From contig CAYWPX010000001.1 in NCBI GenBank assembly GCA_964460615.1, positions 263,747-327,746 of the forward strand: a stretch of DNA of 64,000 nt. Reading direction: 5' to 3'. Made by a program: the position numbers and the translations under genes. A model generated the notes under the pieces. The model searched no databases. It had not been told where the DNA came from and saw only the letters and a program-made list of their open reading frames with translations. The stretch is from an uncultured Planctomycetia bacterium. GTDB taxonomy: Bacteria; Omnitrophota; Gorgyraeia; CAYWPX01. This document shows positions 19,711 to 30,029 of this stretch, one piece after another (the first letter of the stretch is position 1; every line of letters starts with the position of its first letter).

Positions 19711-20904
19711 ATGAAAATACTTTATTTTGATTGCCCAAGCGGTGCCAGCGGGGATATGATAATTGGCGCGTTACTTGATGCCGGAGCGCTCGAATTACCT
19801 ATCCTTAAAAAAGAGATTTCAAAGTTAGGGCTTAAAAATATTGAACTTAAAAAAACAAGAGTTTTAAAACACTCCATTTCTGCCACAAAATTTGACGTTA
19901 TTTATAATCAGAAAAACCAACCTTCAAGAAAACTTAAAGATATCCTGTCCCTTATCAACCGCTCTAAATTATCAAATGAAATAAAAGAAAGCTCAGGGAA
20001 AGTTTTTAGTAATTTGGCCCAGGCAGAAGCAAAAGTCCACGGGAAAAAGCCCCATGAGATCCACTTCCATGAGGTAGGGGGAATTGATTCAATAGTTGAT
20101 ATAGTAGGTATTTCAATAGCTTTCAGTCTTTTAAAAGCTGATGTGATATTAACTTCTCCAATAAAGATCGGCAGAGGCACTATCGCAACGGATCATGGTT
20201 TGATACCTTCTCCGGGGCCGGCAACAATGGAATTATTAAAAAATAAAATTGTTGCCCTTTCTGATATTGATCATGAGCTTACTACGCCAACTGCTGCGGC
20301 TATATTCAGTACATTTGCTTCTAATAAGAGTAGTGAACCTCAGATCAAAATTAGCCGGATCGGTTATGGTGCAGGTTCAGCCCAGATATCGGGAACGCCT
20401 AACTTGTTAAGAGTAGTTATCGGCGATACGGATGACTTGGATCAAGCCGACGAAATTATCTCTATCGAAGCGAATATTGATGATATGCTCCCAACGATAT
20501 ATGAAAGCGTTTTTGATAATCTTTTTTCTGCGGGTGCCCTGGATGTTTATTTGGAAAATGTGCTAATGAAGAAAATGAGGCCTGCAATAAAAATAAATGT
20601 ATTGAGTCTAAAGCAAAATTCGGATAATATAATCAATATATTGTTAACTCAAACTTCGACTCTGGGGGTTAGATTTAATACTTATCGTAGAGTGATCTTA
20701 AAAAGAGCCGAAAAGAAATTCAAATCAAGCTTTGGATCGGTCAAGGTTAAAGTCGGATACACAAGGGAAGGCGATATTAAATTTCTGCCTGAGTATGATG
20801 ATTGTTTAAGGTTGTCAAAGAAACTGGGCATCCCCATGATAAATATTTATAAAAAACTCTTACCAGAAATCGAAAGAGAAAAATGGCGATTAAACCAAAA
20901 ATAA
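19711..20904 (+). CDS. larC: Nickel insertion protein LarC (DUF111/UPF0272)
   Basis: Hallmark N-terminus MKILYFDCPSGASGDMIIGALLDAGA. ~400 aa. Confidence 0.7.
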   Translation: MKILYFDCPSGASGDMIIGALLDAGALELPILKKEISKLGLKNIELKKTRVLKHSISATKFDVIYNQKNQPSRKLKDILSLINRSKLSNEIKESSGKVFSNLAQAEAKVHGKKPHEIHFHEVGGIDSIVDIVGISIAFSLLKADVILTSPIKIGRGTIATDHGLIPSPGPATMELLKNKIVALSDIDHELTTPTAAAIFSTFASNKSSEPQIKISRIGYGAGSAQISGTPNLLRVVIGDTDDLDQADEIISIEANIDDMLPTIYESVFDNLFSAGALDVYLENVLMKKMRPAIKINVLSLKQNSDNIINILLTQTSTLGVRFNTYRRVILKRAEKKFKSSFGSVKVKVGYTREGDIKFLPEYDDCLRLSKKLGIPMINIYKKLLPEIEREKWRLNQK

Positions 20905-22589
20905 TAGCCGAGACTTTAAAAACTATAGGGCTCCTTACTGAAGAGGACATTGATGACGCTCTCAGGGTCCAGCGTGAAACCAAAGAACGCCTTAGCTCGA
21001 TAATGGTGCAGAAGGGTTATATCGCCAGTGAATCTCTTGGTTCTGTAGTTGCCCCTCAGCTAGGTCTTGTCCCTGAGGATATAGCCAGTAGGCAGATTAG
21101 CCAGGAAGTCCTGAATATGGTAAATATCCCTGTTGTTGCCACTCACAGAATAATTCCCGTAAAATTTGAAAAAGACGTTCTTACTCTTGCAACAGATAAC
21201 CCATTTAATTTTCTTGCCATAGACAATCTGAGGGTGATACTTAAGAATAGAATAGAGCTTATCTATGTTACCGAATCGGAAATGAACACCCACTTGGAGA
21301 AATTTTATGCTATTAAAGACGGTACTGCTATGGTCAGCCTTATGGAGACCATGGAAAAGCCGACCAGTGCCGAGCCGGTAAAAAAGGTTCTGGGTATGCC
21401 GGCAATCCCCAAGGAGGAAGAAGCCCCTGTAGTAAAGCTGGTTAGCCTTATTATTTCCGAAGCCTTTAAGAAAAGAGCCAGCGATATACATATTGAACCC
21501 CTGGAAAGTAAATTCAGGATCAGATACAGGATAGACGGCGTTCTTCACGAGGTGCCCGGCCCGCCGAAAAGATTGCAAGGGTCAATAATAAGCAGAATAA
21601 AAATCATGGCGGGTATGGATATTGCAGAAAAAAGGCTCCCGCAGGACGGAAGAATAAAGATTTCTTTGGTTGATAGGGAGTTGGACCTGAGGGTGTCCAC
21701 TCTCCCGGCAATTTATGGTGAAAGCGTGGTAATGAGGATACTTGATAAGTCCTCTATGCTTATCGGACTTAAGGAGTTGGGATTTTTGTCTGATGACCAG
21801 AAAAAGTTTGAACGCTTGATCAAAGTTCCGAATGGGATTTTTTTGATAACCGGTCCTACCGGAAGCGGTAAAACTACAACCTTGTATGCCGCATTGAATA
21901 ATATAAATAAACCGGACAGAAAATTAATTACTATCGAAGACCCTGTAGAGTATCAGCTTACCGGCATAAATCAGGTTCAGATAAAACCTCAGATCAACCT
22001 GACATTTGCCTCCGGGTTAAGGAGTATACTTAGACAGGCGCCTGATATAATAATGGTCGGAGAGATCAGAGATCTTGAGACTGCTCAGATAGCTATACAG
22101 GCGGCTCTTACAGGGCATTTGGTTTTTTCAACCCTTCATACAAATGACTCAGCAAGTGCTATAACAAGATTAATAGATATGGGAATAAAACCTTACCTTG
22201 TCGCTTCTGCCGTACAGGCTGTTTTGGCCCAGAGGCTTGTGAGGTCTATTTGCAAAAAATGCAAGATCCCGTACACTGCCACCAAAGAAGAATTGATGGC
22301 ATTGGAAATGACTGAAAATGATATTAAGGGTAAAAAATTATTCATCGGCAAGGGATGCGATGAATGCAGTGATACCGGATATAAAGGCAGGATCGGTATA
22401 TTTGAACTATTAATTTTAAATGATGTTATAAGGCCCCTGATATTTGAAAAGGTTCCATCAAGTGTCATTAAGGATAAAGCAAGAAAAGAGGGTATGTACA
22501 CCTTAAGGGAAGATGGTATCAGAAAAGTATTCGAGGGGATGACGACCTTTTCGGAAGTTATCAGAGTGACCAAGGCTGATCTAGGTTAA
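20883..22589 (+). CDS. pilB: Type IV pilus / T2SS assembly ATPase (PilB/GspE family), copy 1
   Basis: GspII_E N-terminal domain. Walker A GPTGSGKTTTL, Asp box and His box. C-terminal tetracysteine CKKCK...CDECSDTGYKGRIG. Confidence 0.85.
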   Translation: MAIKPKIIAETLKTIGLLTEEDIDDALRVQRETKERLSSIMVQKGYIASESLGSVVAPQLGLVPEDIASRQISQEVLNMVNIPVVATHRIIPVKFEKDVLTLATDNPFNFLAIDNLRVILKNRIELIYVTESEMNTHLEKFYAIKDGTAMVSLMETMEKPTSAEPVKKVLGMPAIPKEEEAPVVKLVSLIISEAFKKRASDIHIEPLESKFRIRYRIDGVLHEVPGPPKRLQGSIISRIKIMAGMDIAEKRLPQDGRIKISLVDRELDLRVSTLPAIYGESVVMRILDKSSMLIGLKELGFLSDDQKKFERLIKVPNGIFLITGPTGSGKTTTLYAALNNINKPDRKLITIEDPVEYQLTGINQVQIKPQINLTFASGLRSILRQAPDIIMVGEIRDLETAQIAIQAALTGHLVFSTLHTNDSASAITRLIDMGIKPYLVASAVQAVLAQRLVRSICKKCKIPYTATKEELMALEMTENDIKGKKLFIGKGCDECSDTGYKGRIGIFELLILNDVIRPLIFEKVPSSVIKDKARKEGMYTLREDGIRKVFEGMTTFSEVIRVTKADLG

Positions 22590-22593
22590 AAGC

Positions 22594-22674
22594 GGTACAT
22601 CGTAGTTAGTACATAGTACATCGTAAAAAAACAATTAGTAAAACACGATGTACGGAGTATGAAAGACGAAGTAC
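22594..22674. repeat. GTAC-containing 7-nt-phased repeats (GTACATCG x2 direct + 1 inverted) in the pilB-pilT gap
   Basis: GTAC at 22595, 22609, 22616, 22650 and 22671. Spacings are multiples of 7 except one 34-nt gap. CGGTACATCGT / ACGATGTACGG is inverted. Confidence 0.5.
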
Positions 22675-22695
22675 GAATAATAAAGGGAGAAAATT

Positions 22696-23772
22696 ATGAA
22701 TATAGAGATAGACCAATTATTTCAGATATGCGTTGAGCGAAATGCCAGTGATATACATATTACGGTTGGCAAACCTCCTGCGATTCGTGTTGATGGTACC
22801 TTGGATTCCTTGGATTATGCGCCCTTGAAGCCTGAAGATACTGAGAAACTTATCAAATCTATCACCAGCGAAGAATCGCTCCAGAGAGTCCAGAGATATG
22901 GAGGAGTTGATTTCGGTTTGAGTTACAGCGATGTGGCTCGTTTCAGGGTGTCAGTCTACAAGCAAAAAGGGTTTTGGGGGATGGCTTTAAGGTTGATACC
23001 TTCCAAGCTTTTATCCTTTGAAGAGATAGGGCTTCCTCCTATCGTGAGAGATCTTCTTGATAGGCCGAGAGGTCTTATACTTGTAACTGGCCCGACAGGT
23101 AGCGGCAAAACCACAACTCTCGCCACTATGACGGATTACATAAATACAAAAAAAGCAGGGCATATTATTACAATCGAAGATCCTATCGAGTATTATCATG
23201 AACATAAAAGAGGCATTGTTACTCAAAGGGAGCTTGGTGTAGATGTTTTTAGTTTCAGTGAAGCCATAGTGAAAGGCCTTAGAATGAATCCTGATGTGAT
23301 CATGGTTGGTGAGATGAGAGATCTGGCTACTGTTGAGGCTGCAATTCTCGCAGCGGAGACCGGTCACCTGGTCTTAGCCACACTCCATACAACCTCAGCT
23401 TCTCAGACAGTAGATAGGATAATAAATGTTTTTCCTCCCCAGCAGCAGGAGCAGATAAGGATCCAGTTATCTACTTCAATCCTAGCGATCTTCTGTCAAC
23501 AGCTATTGATTAAGACTTCTCAAAAAGGGCGAATTGCCGCTTTTGAGACTATGATATCGACTCCTTCGATCCAGAATCTGATCAGAGAGAAGAAAACCTT
23601 CAGGATAACAAGTGACATCCAAACGGGCGCTAAATATGGTATGACGACATTTGATAATTACCTTACAGATCTGTATGATAAGGGCCTGATCTCTTATGAT
23701 ACTATGATATCCAAAGCTTTTGAACCTGATCAAATTGCACTCAAATACCAGGTAAGAAAATTAAGGAGATAA
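22696..23772 (+). CDS. pilT: Twitching-motility retraction ATPase
   Basis: IDQLFQICVERNASDIHITVGKPPAIRVDG, Walker A GPTGSGKTTTL, ~358 aa; typical PilT. Confidence 0.85.
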   Translation: MNIEIDQLFQICVERNASDIHITVGKPPAIRVDGTLDSLDYAPLKPEDTEKLIKSITSEESLQRVQRYGGVDFGLSYSDVARFRVSVYKQKGFWGMALRLIPSKLLSFEEIGLPPIVRDLLDRPRGLILVTGPTGSGKTTTLATMTDYINTKKAGHIITIEDPIEYYHEHKRGIVTQRELGVDVFSFSEAIVKGLRMNPDVIMVGEMRDLATVEAAILAAETGHLVLATLHTTSASQTVDRIINVFPPQQQEQIRIQLSTSILAIFCQQLLIKTSQKGRIAAFETMISTPSIQNLIREKKTFRITSDIQTGAKYGMTTFDNYLTDLYDKGLISYDTMISKAFEPDQIALKYQVRKLRR

Positions 23773-23779
23773 GTTTTTA

Positions 23780-25507
23780 ATGGCGGCAACAGAGCGTAAA
23801 TATAAATCTCTTGGAAAGCTTCTGATCGACAGAGGCCTTATTACAGATCATCAGCTAGCCCAGGCGCTTGAGGAGCAGAAGTTTACCGGAAAGCTTCTTG
23901 GGAGAACTCTAATTGAGCTGGGGTTTGTCAGAGAAGAGGACGTCCTTAAGGTCCTTGGTATTCAGGCCGGAATGGAAGTCGTTAATCTCAAAAATATCGC
24001 CGTGAATAAAGAGGCTCTCCAGAGGGTATCGCCGTCAATTGCAAAAATCTATAAGATCTTTCCTATAGATTACAAAGATAATGTATTGACAGTTGCATTA
24101 AATGATCCTTTGAATATCAATCTTTTTGACGACCTGAGATTTATGATCGGATGCCCGGTCCGGGGTGTTGTGGCTACGATGGACGAAATCGATGCCGCTA
24201 TACAGAAACACTATGGGTCAACCAATGAGTCCATTGATGAGCTAATTAATGATATAGAAAAAAAGATGCCTCTGCAGAAGGTGGAAGTAGCGGAGGAGGA
24301 GGGCGTCACAGACGTCATAGTTTTGCAGGAGTTGGCTGCCCAGGCACCGGTAGTAAAACTCCTAAATCTGATTTTACTTGAAGCAATAAAAGACAGGGCA
24401 AGCGATATTCATTTTGAGCCTTTTGAAAATGATTTTAAGATTAGATACAGAGTAGACGGAGTATTGTACGATGTATTGTCTCCGCCTAAGAATTTAAGTC
24501 TTGCGATATCCTCAAGAATAAAGGTCATGTCAAATCTTGATATCGCTGAAAGGCGCCTGCCTCAGGACGGGCGTATTATGATCTCCATTGAAGGTAAAAG
24601 CGTCGATCTGCGCGTGTCGACTTTGCCTACGATTTTTGGCGAAAGTATAGTTATGAGGGTTCTGGATAGAAGCGTAGTGAGTCTTTCGCTGGATCAGCTA
24701 GGTATGTATGATGATATGAAATCAGTTCTAAAAAGATTGATAGAGAGGCCTAACGGTATCATTCTTACAACCGGGCCCACTGGTTGCGGCAAAACTACAA
24801 CTTTATATTCATGCCTTAGGGAAGTTAATAAGATAGATGTAAAAATAATTACCACCGAAGACCCTGTAGAGTATGATATTCCCGGTATTGTCCAGGTTCC
24901 TATAAGGCCAAAAATTAATCTTAATTTCGCTACTTGCCTTAGGCATATTCTCAGGCAGGACCCGGATATAATAATGGTAGGAGAGATCCGTGATGCTGAA
25001 ACAGCGCAGATTGCTATTCAATCTTCTCTTACAGGGCATCTTGTTTTAAGCACTCTGCATACAAATGATGCTCCTAGTACTGTTACAAGACTAATTAATA
25101 TGGGCATTGAGCCTTTTCTTATTACCTCTACATTAGAGGCTATCATAGCGCAGAGGCTCGTAAGGACAATTTGCAAAAATTGTCGTGAACGATATACTCC
25201 GGACAAAAAACTTATTGAAGAGCTTGGCCTGACTGAAAAAGATGCAAAGGAAAAAACTTTTTATAGAGGAAGAGGCTGTGCCCAGTGCAATAAGACCGGT
25301 TATAAGGGCAGGACCGGTATATACGAGCTTATGATTATTAGTGATGCTATGAAACCTCTGATCATGGATAAGGTCCAGACTTCTATTTTAAGAGACCAGG
25401 CAAGAAAAGAAGGTATGGTCATGCTCAGGGAAGATGGCTTAAGAAAAATTTATGATGGCAGAACCACTATCGAAGAAGTTGTTAGAGAGACGATGCAGTA
25501 TGCGTAA
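23780..25507 (+). CDS. Type IV pilus / T2SS assembly ATPase (PilB/GspE family), copy 2
   Basis: Same architecture as copy 1: GspII_E_N, GPTGCGKTTTL, CKNC...CAQCNKTGYKGRTG. A paralogous, clearly diverged sequence. Confidence 0.85.
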   Translation: MAATERKYKSLGKLLIDRGLITDHQLAQALEEQKFTGKLLGRTLIELGFVREEDVLKVLGIQAGMEVVNLKNIAVNKEALQRVSPSIAKIYKIFPIDYKDNVLTVALNDPLNINLFDDLRFMIGCPVRGVVATMDEIDAAIQKHYGSTNESIDELINDIEKKMPLQKVEVAEEEGVTDVIVLQELAAQAPVVKLLNLILLEAIKDRASDIHFEPFENDFKIRYRVDGVLYDVLSPPKNLSLAISSRIKVMSNLDIAERRLPQDGRIMISIEGKSVDLRVSTLPTIFGESIVMRVLDRSVVSLSLDQLGMYDDMKSVLKRLIERPNGIILTTGPTGCGKTTTLYSCLREVNKIDVKIITTEDPVEYDIPGIVQVPIRPKINLNFATCLRHILRQDPDIIMVGEIRDAETAQIAIQSSLTGHLVLSTLHTNDAPSTVTRLINMGIEPFLITSTLEAIIAQRLVRTICKNCRERYTPDKKLIEELGLTEKDAKEKTFYRGRGCAQCNKTGYKGRTGIYELMIISDAMKPLIMDKVQTSILRDQARKEGMVMLREDGLRKIYDGRTTIEEVVRETMQYA

Positions 25508-25510
25508 AAG

Positions 25511-25573
25511 CAGTACACAGTACACAGTACACAGTACACAGTACACAGTACACAGTACACAGTACACAGTACT
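25511..25573. repeat. Perfect tandem heptanucleotide repeat (CAGTACA)x8 plus a partial unit
   Basis: Read directly: cagtaca repeated 8 times, then cagtact. Starts 4 nt after the pilB2 stop and 42 nt before pilC. Confidence 0.9.
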
Positions 25574-25614
25574 AAAATAAAACATTATTGAGAAGAGATA
25601 ATTAAAGGAAAAAA

Positions 25615-26871
25615 ATGGCGAGATTTGCTTACAAAGCGCTAGATAAATACGGTAAAGAAATTAGAAGCGAGATGGAATCTGATTCATATTTGGATGCCAT
25701 TCGTAAGCTTAGAAGCATGGGCTATATCCCTACCCAGATCATGGAGAGAAAAGGTAAGGCCGTTGCCAAATCTACCGATACAGGAGCAAAAGGAAAGGGG
25801 TTATCCCTTAATATTTCAATTCCAGGTTTTGGAGGCATAAAGACTAAGCAGGTGACGCTATTTACCAGGCAACTTGCTACTTTGATAGGTGCGGGGCTGC
25901 CGCTTGTAAGATCTTTAAATATATTAAGAGACCAGCTTAAGCCCGGCCCGCTAAAAGGCGTCATTAACAGCCTTGCAAGCCAGGTTGAATCGGGAGGTAC
26001 ATTTAGCGACGCATTGCAAAAATTTCCCAAGGTTTTTTCCAAACTTTATGTCAATACGATCAAAGCCGGCGAAATGGGCGGCGTACTGGAAGTAGTCCTT
26101 GAAAGGCTAGCCGACTTTAGCGAAAAGACACAAAAACTGATCAGTAAAATCCGAGCGGCACTTGTGTATCCCAGCTTAGTCATTATGGTTGCTCTCGGGG
26201 TTTTGGCGTTTTTGATCATGTTTGTTGTCCCAAAATTTATGGAGTTATTTAAAGAAGTTGGGTCTGATCTGCCGCTTCCTACGAAGATCCTTCTAAATGT
26301 AAGTAATTTTATGCAGCATCAATGGTATGTAGGAGTAATTTTCCTGGGACTTATGGTAGCTTTCATGAAACTATTGGTCACTTTTCCTATCACTAAATTT
26401 TATGTTGATCTGGTTAAATTGAATCTTCCGGTTTTTGGGTTATTGATAAGAAAAGTAGGCATAGCCAGATTTACAAGGACTTTAGGAACTCTAATTTCAA
26501 GCGGCGTACCAATATTACAGGCACTTGAAATTACCAAGGACACTGCCGGTAACGAAGTTATAGGGAAATCTATCGGGATAGTGAGAGATTCCATCAGAGA
26601 GGGTGAATCTATTGCCGGGCCTTTGGGGAAGACTAAAATATTTCCTTTAATGGTTGTCAATATGATCGGCGTTGGCGAAGAGACAGGGTCACTGGATACT
26701 ATGTTAAACAAGATCGCCGACACATATGAAGATGAAGTTGATACAACTGTCGGAGCCTTAACTAGTTTACTTGAACCTATTATGATTATATCGTTGGGTT
26801 TGATTGTTGGGGCAATAGTAATTTCCATGTTCCTGCCGTTAATAAAGCTCTTAACGGCCCTAAGCGGTTAG
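25615..26871 (+). CDS. pilC: Type IV pilus / T2SS inner-membrane platform protein (PilC/GspF)
   Basis: Two T2SSF repeats; 418 aa with three TM segments. Confidence 0.85.
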   Translation: MARFAYKALDKYGKEIRSEMESDSYLDAIRKLRSMGYIPTQIMERKGKAVAKSTDTGAKGKGLSLNISIPGFGGIKTKQVTLFTRQLATLIGAGLPLVRSLNILRDQLKPGPLKGVINSLASQVESGGTFSDALQKFPKVFSKLYVNTIKAGEMGGVLEVVLERLADFSEKTQKLISKIRAALVYPSLVIMVALGVLAFLIMFVVPKFMELFKEVGSDLPLPTKILLNVSNFMQHQWYVGVIFLGLMVAFMKLLVTFPITKFYVDLVKLNLPVFGLLIRKVGIARFTRTLGTLISSGVPILQALEITKDTAGNEVIGKSIGIVRDSIREGESIAGPLGKTKIFPLMVVNMIGVGEETGSLDTMLNKIADTYEDEVDTTVGALTSLLEPIMIISLGLIVGAIVISMFLPLIKLLTALSG

Positions 26872-26916
26872 TTGAAGAATGATAAATATTATGGTAAACT
26901 TGTTTAAACGCTATAT

Positions 26917-26938
26917 TCCGTACTTGGTACGCCGTACT
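26917..26938. repeat. Three phased heptamers CCGTACT-TGGTACG-CCGTACT upstream of the major pseudopilin gene
   Basis: GTAC at a 7-nt period, ~20 nt upstream of the GGAGG RBS of the gene at 26956. Confidence 0.45.
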
Positions 26939-26955
26939 CTTAAGAGGAGGGTTTC

Positions 26956-27483
26956 ATGCAAGTAAACTCAAGAAAAAGTTTTACGTTAATTGAAATAATC
27001 ACGGTATTAGCGATTATAATGATTTTAGCTAGTATGGTTTTAGTGGTTTCAAAAGGGGCCTTGACTAGAGCTAAAAAATCCAAAGCTGAGGCCATGATAG
27101 CTTCGCTATCAGTAGCTGTAAGTATGTTTTATAATGACTGCGGAAATTATCCGGATACTCAGGTATTCTCTGCATATCCAGAGCCGGTTTATGCAAATAT
27201 TATTCAGGCTAACGAGACTCTTAGATATTGCCTTTATGAAAGCGCTGTTGCTGCTTTTTATTCAGGATGGAAAGGGCCGTATATAGAAGTCAAAAGTTCT
27301 GATCTATTAAATATTGGCGCTGGTGCCTACGAAGAAATTATTGACCCGTGGAAAAAGCCCTATGCGTTCTGTTCTAAAAGGAATACTCCAATAGCCGTTT
27401 TACATAACAAAGGGACCTTTGATATTTATTCGGCAGGCCCGGACGGGATTTATGGAAACGCTGACGATATAAATAACTGGTAA
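26956..27483 (+). CDS. Major pseudopilin / pilin, GspG-like
   Basis: Prepilin N-terminus KS|FTLIEIITVLAIIMILASM. GspG-type C-terminal motif DPWKKPY (compare DPWGNPY). Confidence 0.75.
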   Translation: MQVNSRKSFTLIEIITVLAIIMILASMVLVVSKGALTRAKKSKAEAMIASLSVAVSMFYNDCGNYPDTQVFSAYPEPVYANIIQANETLRYCLYESAVAAFYSGWKGPYIEVKSSDLLNIGAGAYEEIIDPWKKPYAFCSKRNTPIAVLHNKGTFDIYSAGPDGIYGNADDINNW

Positions 27484-27486
27484 AAT

Positions 27487-28239
27487 ATGACTTTAAAAAA
27501 AATAAATAAGTTCCTATCAGATATCAGCGGTTTATCTCTTCTTGAGATCAGCCTGGCTATTATGGTTATGCTGATTTTATTTTCTATGACAGCGCCGCAG
27601 TATTTTAAATATTTAAGAAAAATGAAATATCTGACAAGTTCCAGGGAGATGCAGTCCGGGATCAAAAGTTCCAAAGAGATTGCTCGTAGCAATAATACCT
27701 ATTCAGGGGTTATCATAGATCCCGCAACCGAAACTTTTTATTATTCGAACGATCTTTATCAGGCAGGTGATTTTCCGACAGGTACTGTAACGGGTAGAAC
27801 CAATGATTCTATTACGGATTCTACCAAGGCCTGGCCTGTAGGTAAATGGGATGGTATGGGGATTATTATTCTCGGCACTACGGGAAGCCCTGCCAATAAA
27901 TTGTATCCCATTGACACTAGCACCGCCAATACCATTAATTCGACCGGCAACTTTCTGGGAACAAGCATAGGCGACAACTATATTATAATACCTCTTATTA
28001 AAAAGCAGTTTTTATCAGGAATCAATATTATGAATATACAGACTACAGCGGCTACGCACACCACAAGGCAAAGCATTGTTTTTAAAGGGTCCGGGCTTGC
28101 TTACGATTCATCAAACAATAACAGGGACTTTTGCATTCATATAGAAAGCAGGGGATTAAATCCCGAAGTTCAGGAAACAATAAAGGTTGTAGGCGCAACC
28201 GGTTCTGTTATAAAACTAAGCGGGTTAGTTGCTCCCTAA
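27487..28239 (+). CDS. Minor pilin / pseudopilin with prepilin-type N-terminus
   Basis: G|LSLLEISLAIMVMLILFSM. Confidence 0.6.
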   Translation: MTLKKINKFLSDISGLSLLEISLAIMVMLILFSMTAPQYFKYLRKMKYLTSSREMQSGIKSSKEIARSNNTYSGVIIDPATETFYYSNDLYQAGDFPTGTVTGRTNDSITDSTKAWPVGKWDGMGIIILGTTGSPANKLYPIDTSTANTINSTGNFLGTSIGDNYIIIPLIKKQFLSGINIMNIQTTAATHTTRQSIVFKGSGLAYDSSNNNRDFCIHIESRGLNPEVQETIKVVGATGSVIKLSGLVAP

Positions 28240-28248
28240 TATAGGTCT

Positions 28249-28791
28249 GTGGGTAATAAAAAAGGCGTTAGTTACATAGAAATATCTGTAACTATAAGCA
28301 TTATTTTATTGCTTGTAGGAATGACTGTTCCTGCACTTTTTAAATTTGTTCTAAAACATAAGCTTGAAGCATCTACAAGGGAAATTGCCACTATACTTAA
28401 AACTGCTAGAAGCTATGCAATAATGAATAATAAGGATTGCGAAGTTATTTTACCTGTTTCAGCTACAGGTGCGCCTAGTTATGAGTACAGGTCGATCAAG
28501 CTATATCAGAATGGGCAGACGATAGAAGAGTGGAAGAAGCTTAAGGATGGTATTATTTTCGATTCAAGAACAGCCGGTTATTCAACTTTTTTGGCAGATA
28601 TTAAACAACGTCCGTTTCCAAATGATACTGATGCGCCCATAGATGTTGCGGTTATTCGGTTTAAGCCAAATGGCGCTTCAGCTAATAACGGGACATTATG
28701 TATAAAGTTCGAAAACAATAACCAGGCTGGCAGAAAGATCACAGCCATTAATACTACCGGAAGACTGGAAATAAGTGAATATAATCCATAA
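28249..28791 (+). CDS. GspH-like pseudopilin
   Basis: G|VSYIEISVTISIILLLVGM. Size and position after G fit the G-H-I-J-K order. Confidence 0.55.
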   Translation: MGNKKGVSYIEISVTISIILLLVGMTVPALFKFVLKHKLEASTREIATILKTARSYAIMNNKDCEVILPVSATGAPSYEYRSIKLYQNGQTIEEWKKLKDGIIFDSRTAGYSTFLADIKQRPFPNDTDAPIDVAVIRFKPNGASANNGTLCIKFENNNQAGRKITAINTTGRLEISEYNP

Positions 28792-29281
28792 AATGACTGA
28801 AAGGCCAGGATCAGGGTTCACGCTTATTGAGATAACCATTTCTATGGTCATCCTTGCAGTAGGGCTATTGGGGCTTTTGACGCTTTTCCCCGTCGGTTTT
28901 GATGCCTCCAAAAGAGCAAATGACCTCACCTTGGCTACGATATATGCCGAGAGCCTTGTCAATGAACTAAAAGCAGTAGGGTTTGATAATATAGATACTT
29001 ATGTTGTTGACAATGCTACTTATGACGAAAACTCTCCTGATATTAACACTAGGCCTGATAGGGGATGGTGTATCACGGGGGATATAACAAATGCCAATAA
29101 TCCTGAAAAACTGCAAAGTAATTTTGAGTACTATATAGATAAATCCGGCGTTGTTGTCAATGGTATTTATAGGCCAGTAGTTGTTACAGTTTTCTGGCCG
29201 GCTGAAAATAATAATAACTTTGCCGGCCATGATTTTACTAAGATGCAAAGGTTTGATATTACAATAAATTTGGTGAAATAA
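28775..29281 (+). CDS. GspI/PilV-like pseudopilin
   Basis: SGFTLIEITISMVILAVGLLGL. Confidence 0.6.
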   Translation: MNIIHKMTERPGSGFTLIEITISMVILAVGLLGLLTLFPVGFDASKRANDLTLATIYAESLVNELKAVGFDNIDTYVVDNATYDENSPDINTRPDRGWCITGDITNANNPEKLQSNFEYYIDKSGVVVNGIYRPVVVTVFWPAENNNNFAGHDFTKMQRFDITINLVK

Positions 29282-29284
29282 TTT

Positions 29285-30025
29285 ATGACTAAAATTAAGA
29301 ATAAAATAGAAAGAATAACAGGCCTAACACTTATTGAAGCACTTTTTGTAATACTTATATTATCGGTATTAGTAGGAAGTTTGTATGTTGTGTTTAAGAG
29401 TGGTATGGAATCCTGGAAGAAATCCGAATCAAAACTTGAGATATACCAAAACGGCAGAATTATTGTTGAGCAGATTCAAAGAGAGTTATCCCAGGCGTTT
29501 TTAATACCCGGGAATGTGAGTATCTATTTTTTAGGTAACGTTTCCGGATCTGTAATTAAGCCAAATTCAACAGGAGATGAAGTGTTTTTTCTAGCTCCTA
29601 CTAATTCAGATGCTACAGCGCCAAATCCGAACTGTGAAATGGGATTTTGGATGGATAATCAGAGGACTTTGAGAAGGTTTTATGTTACCTCGAGTTCAGC
29701 CAATTATGACTTTAATTATAGTACACCCAATACACTTCTAAACAGCAATGAGCTTGCTTTTAATGTTACGGGCTTGGAATTTTATTACTGGGATGGAGAC
29801 CCGACAAACGGCACGCAGAATTGGAATGTTTATAATGCCGGTTCAAACCCCCGTGGTGCCAGGCGCACATGGGATTCAAGGTCTACTTCTTCGGTTGCTA
29901 CTCAAATAGGTAAATTACCAAGGGCAGTCAAAGTAAGAATTACTCTTAGTGAAAATGTTTCTTTGGAGCCCGAAACAAGAGTTTTTGAAAGTGTAGTTTA
30001 TTTGCCGAATAGTGAAGGGCAGTAG
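29285..30025 (+). CDS. GspJ/PilW-like pseudopilin
   Basis: TGLTLIEALFVILILSVLVGSL. Confidence 0.6.
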   Translation: MTKIKNKIERITGLTLIEALFVILILSVLVGSLYVVFKSGMESWKKSESKLEIYQNGRIIVEQIQRELSQAFLIPGNVSIYFLGNVSGSVIKPNSTGDEVFFLAPTNSDATAPNPNCEMGFWMDNQRTLRRFYVTSSSANYDFNYSTPNTLLNSNELAFNVTGLEFYYWDGDPTNGTQNWNVYNAGSNPRGARRTWDSRSTSSVATQIGKLPRAVKVRITLSENVSLEPETRVFESVVYLPNSEGQ

Positions 30026-30029
30026 TGAC

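Noticed and set aside
25511-25573. Possibility that the (CAGTACA)n array or the 27-mer copies are a CRISPR array
   Set aside because: Units are 7 nt with no spacers, or 27 nt scattered kb apart inside a CDS. No repeat-spacer periodicity and no cas genes.
26917-26938. Sigma54 (-24/-12) promoter reading of TTGGTACGCCGTACTC upstream of the major pseudopilin
   Set aside because: TGGTAC resembles the -24 TGGCAC element, but the -12 position reads ACTC instead of TTGC. No PilR/PilS genes are nearby either.
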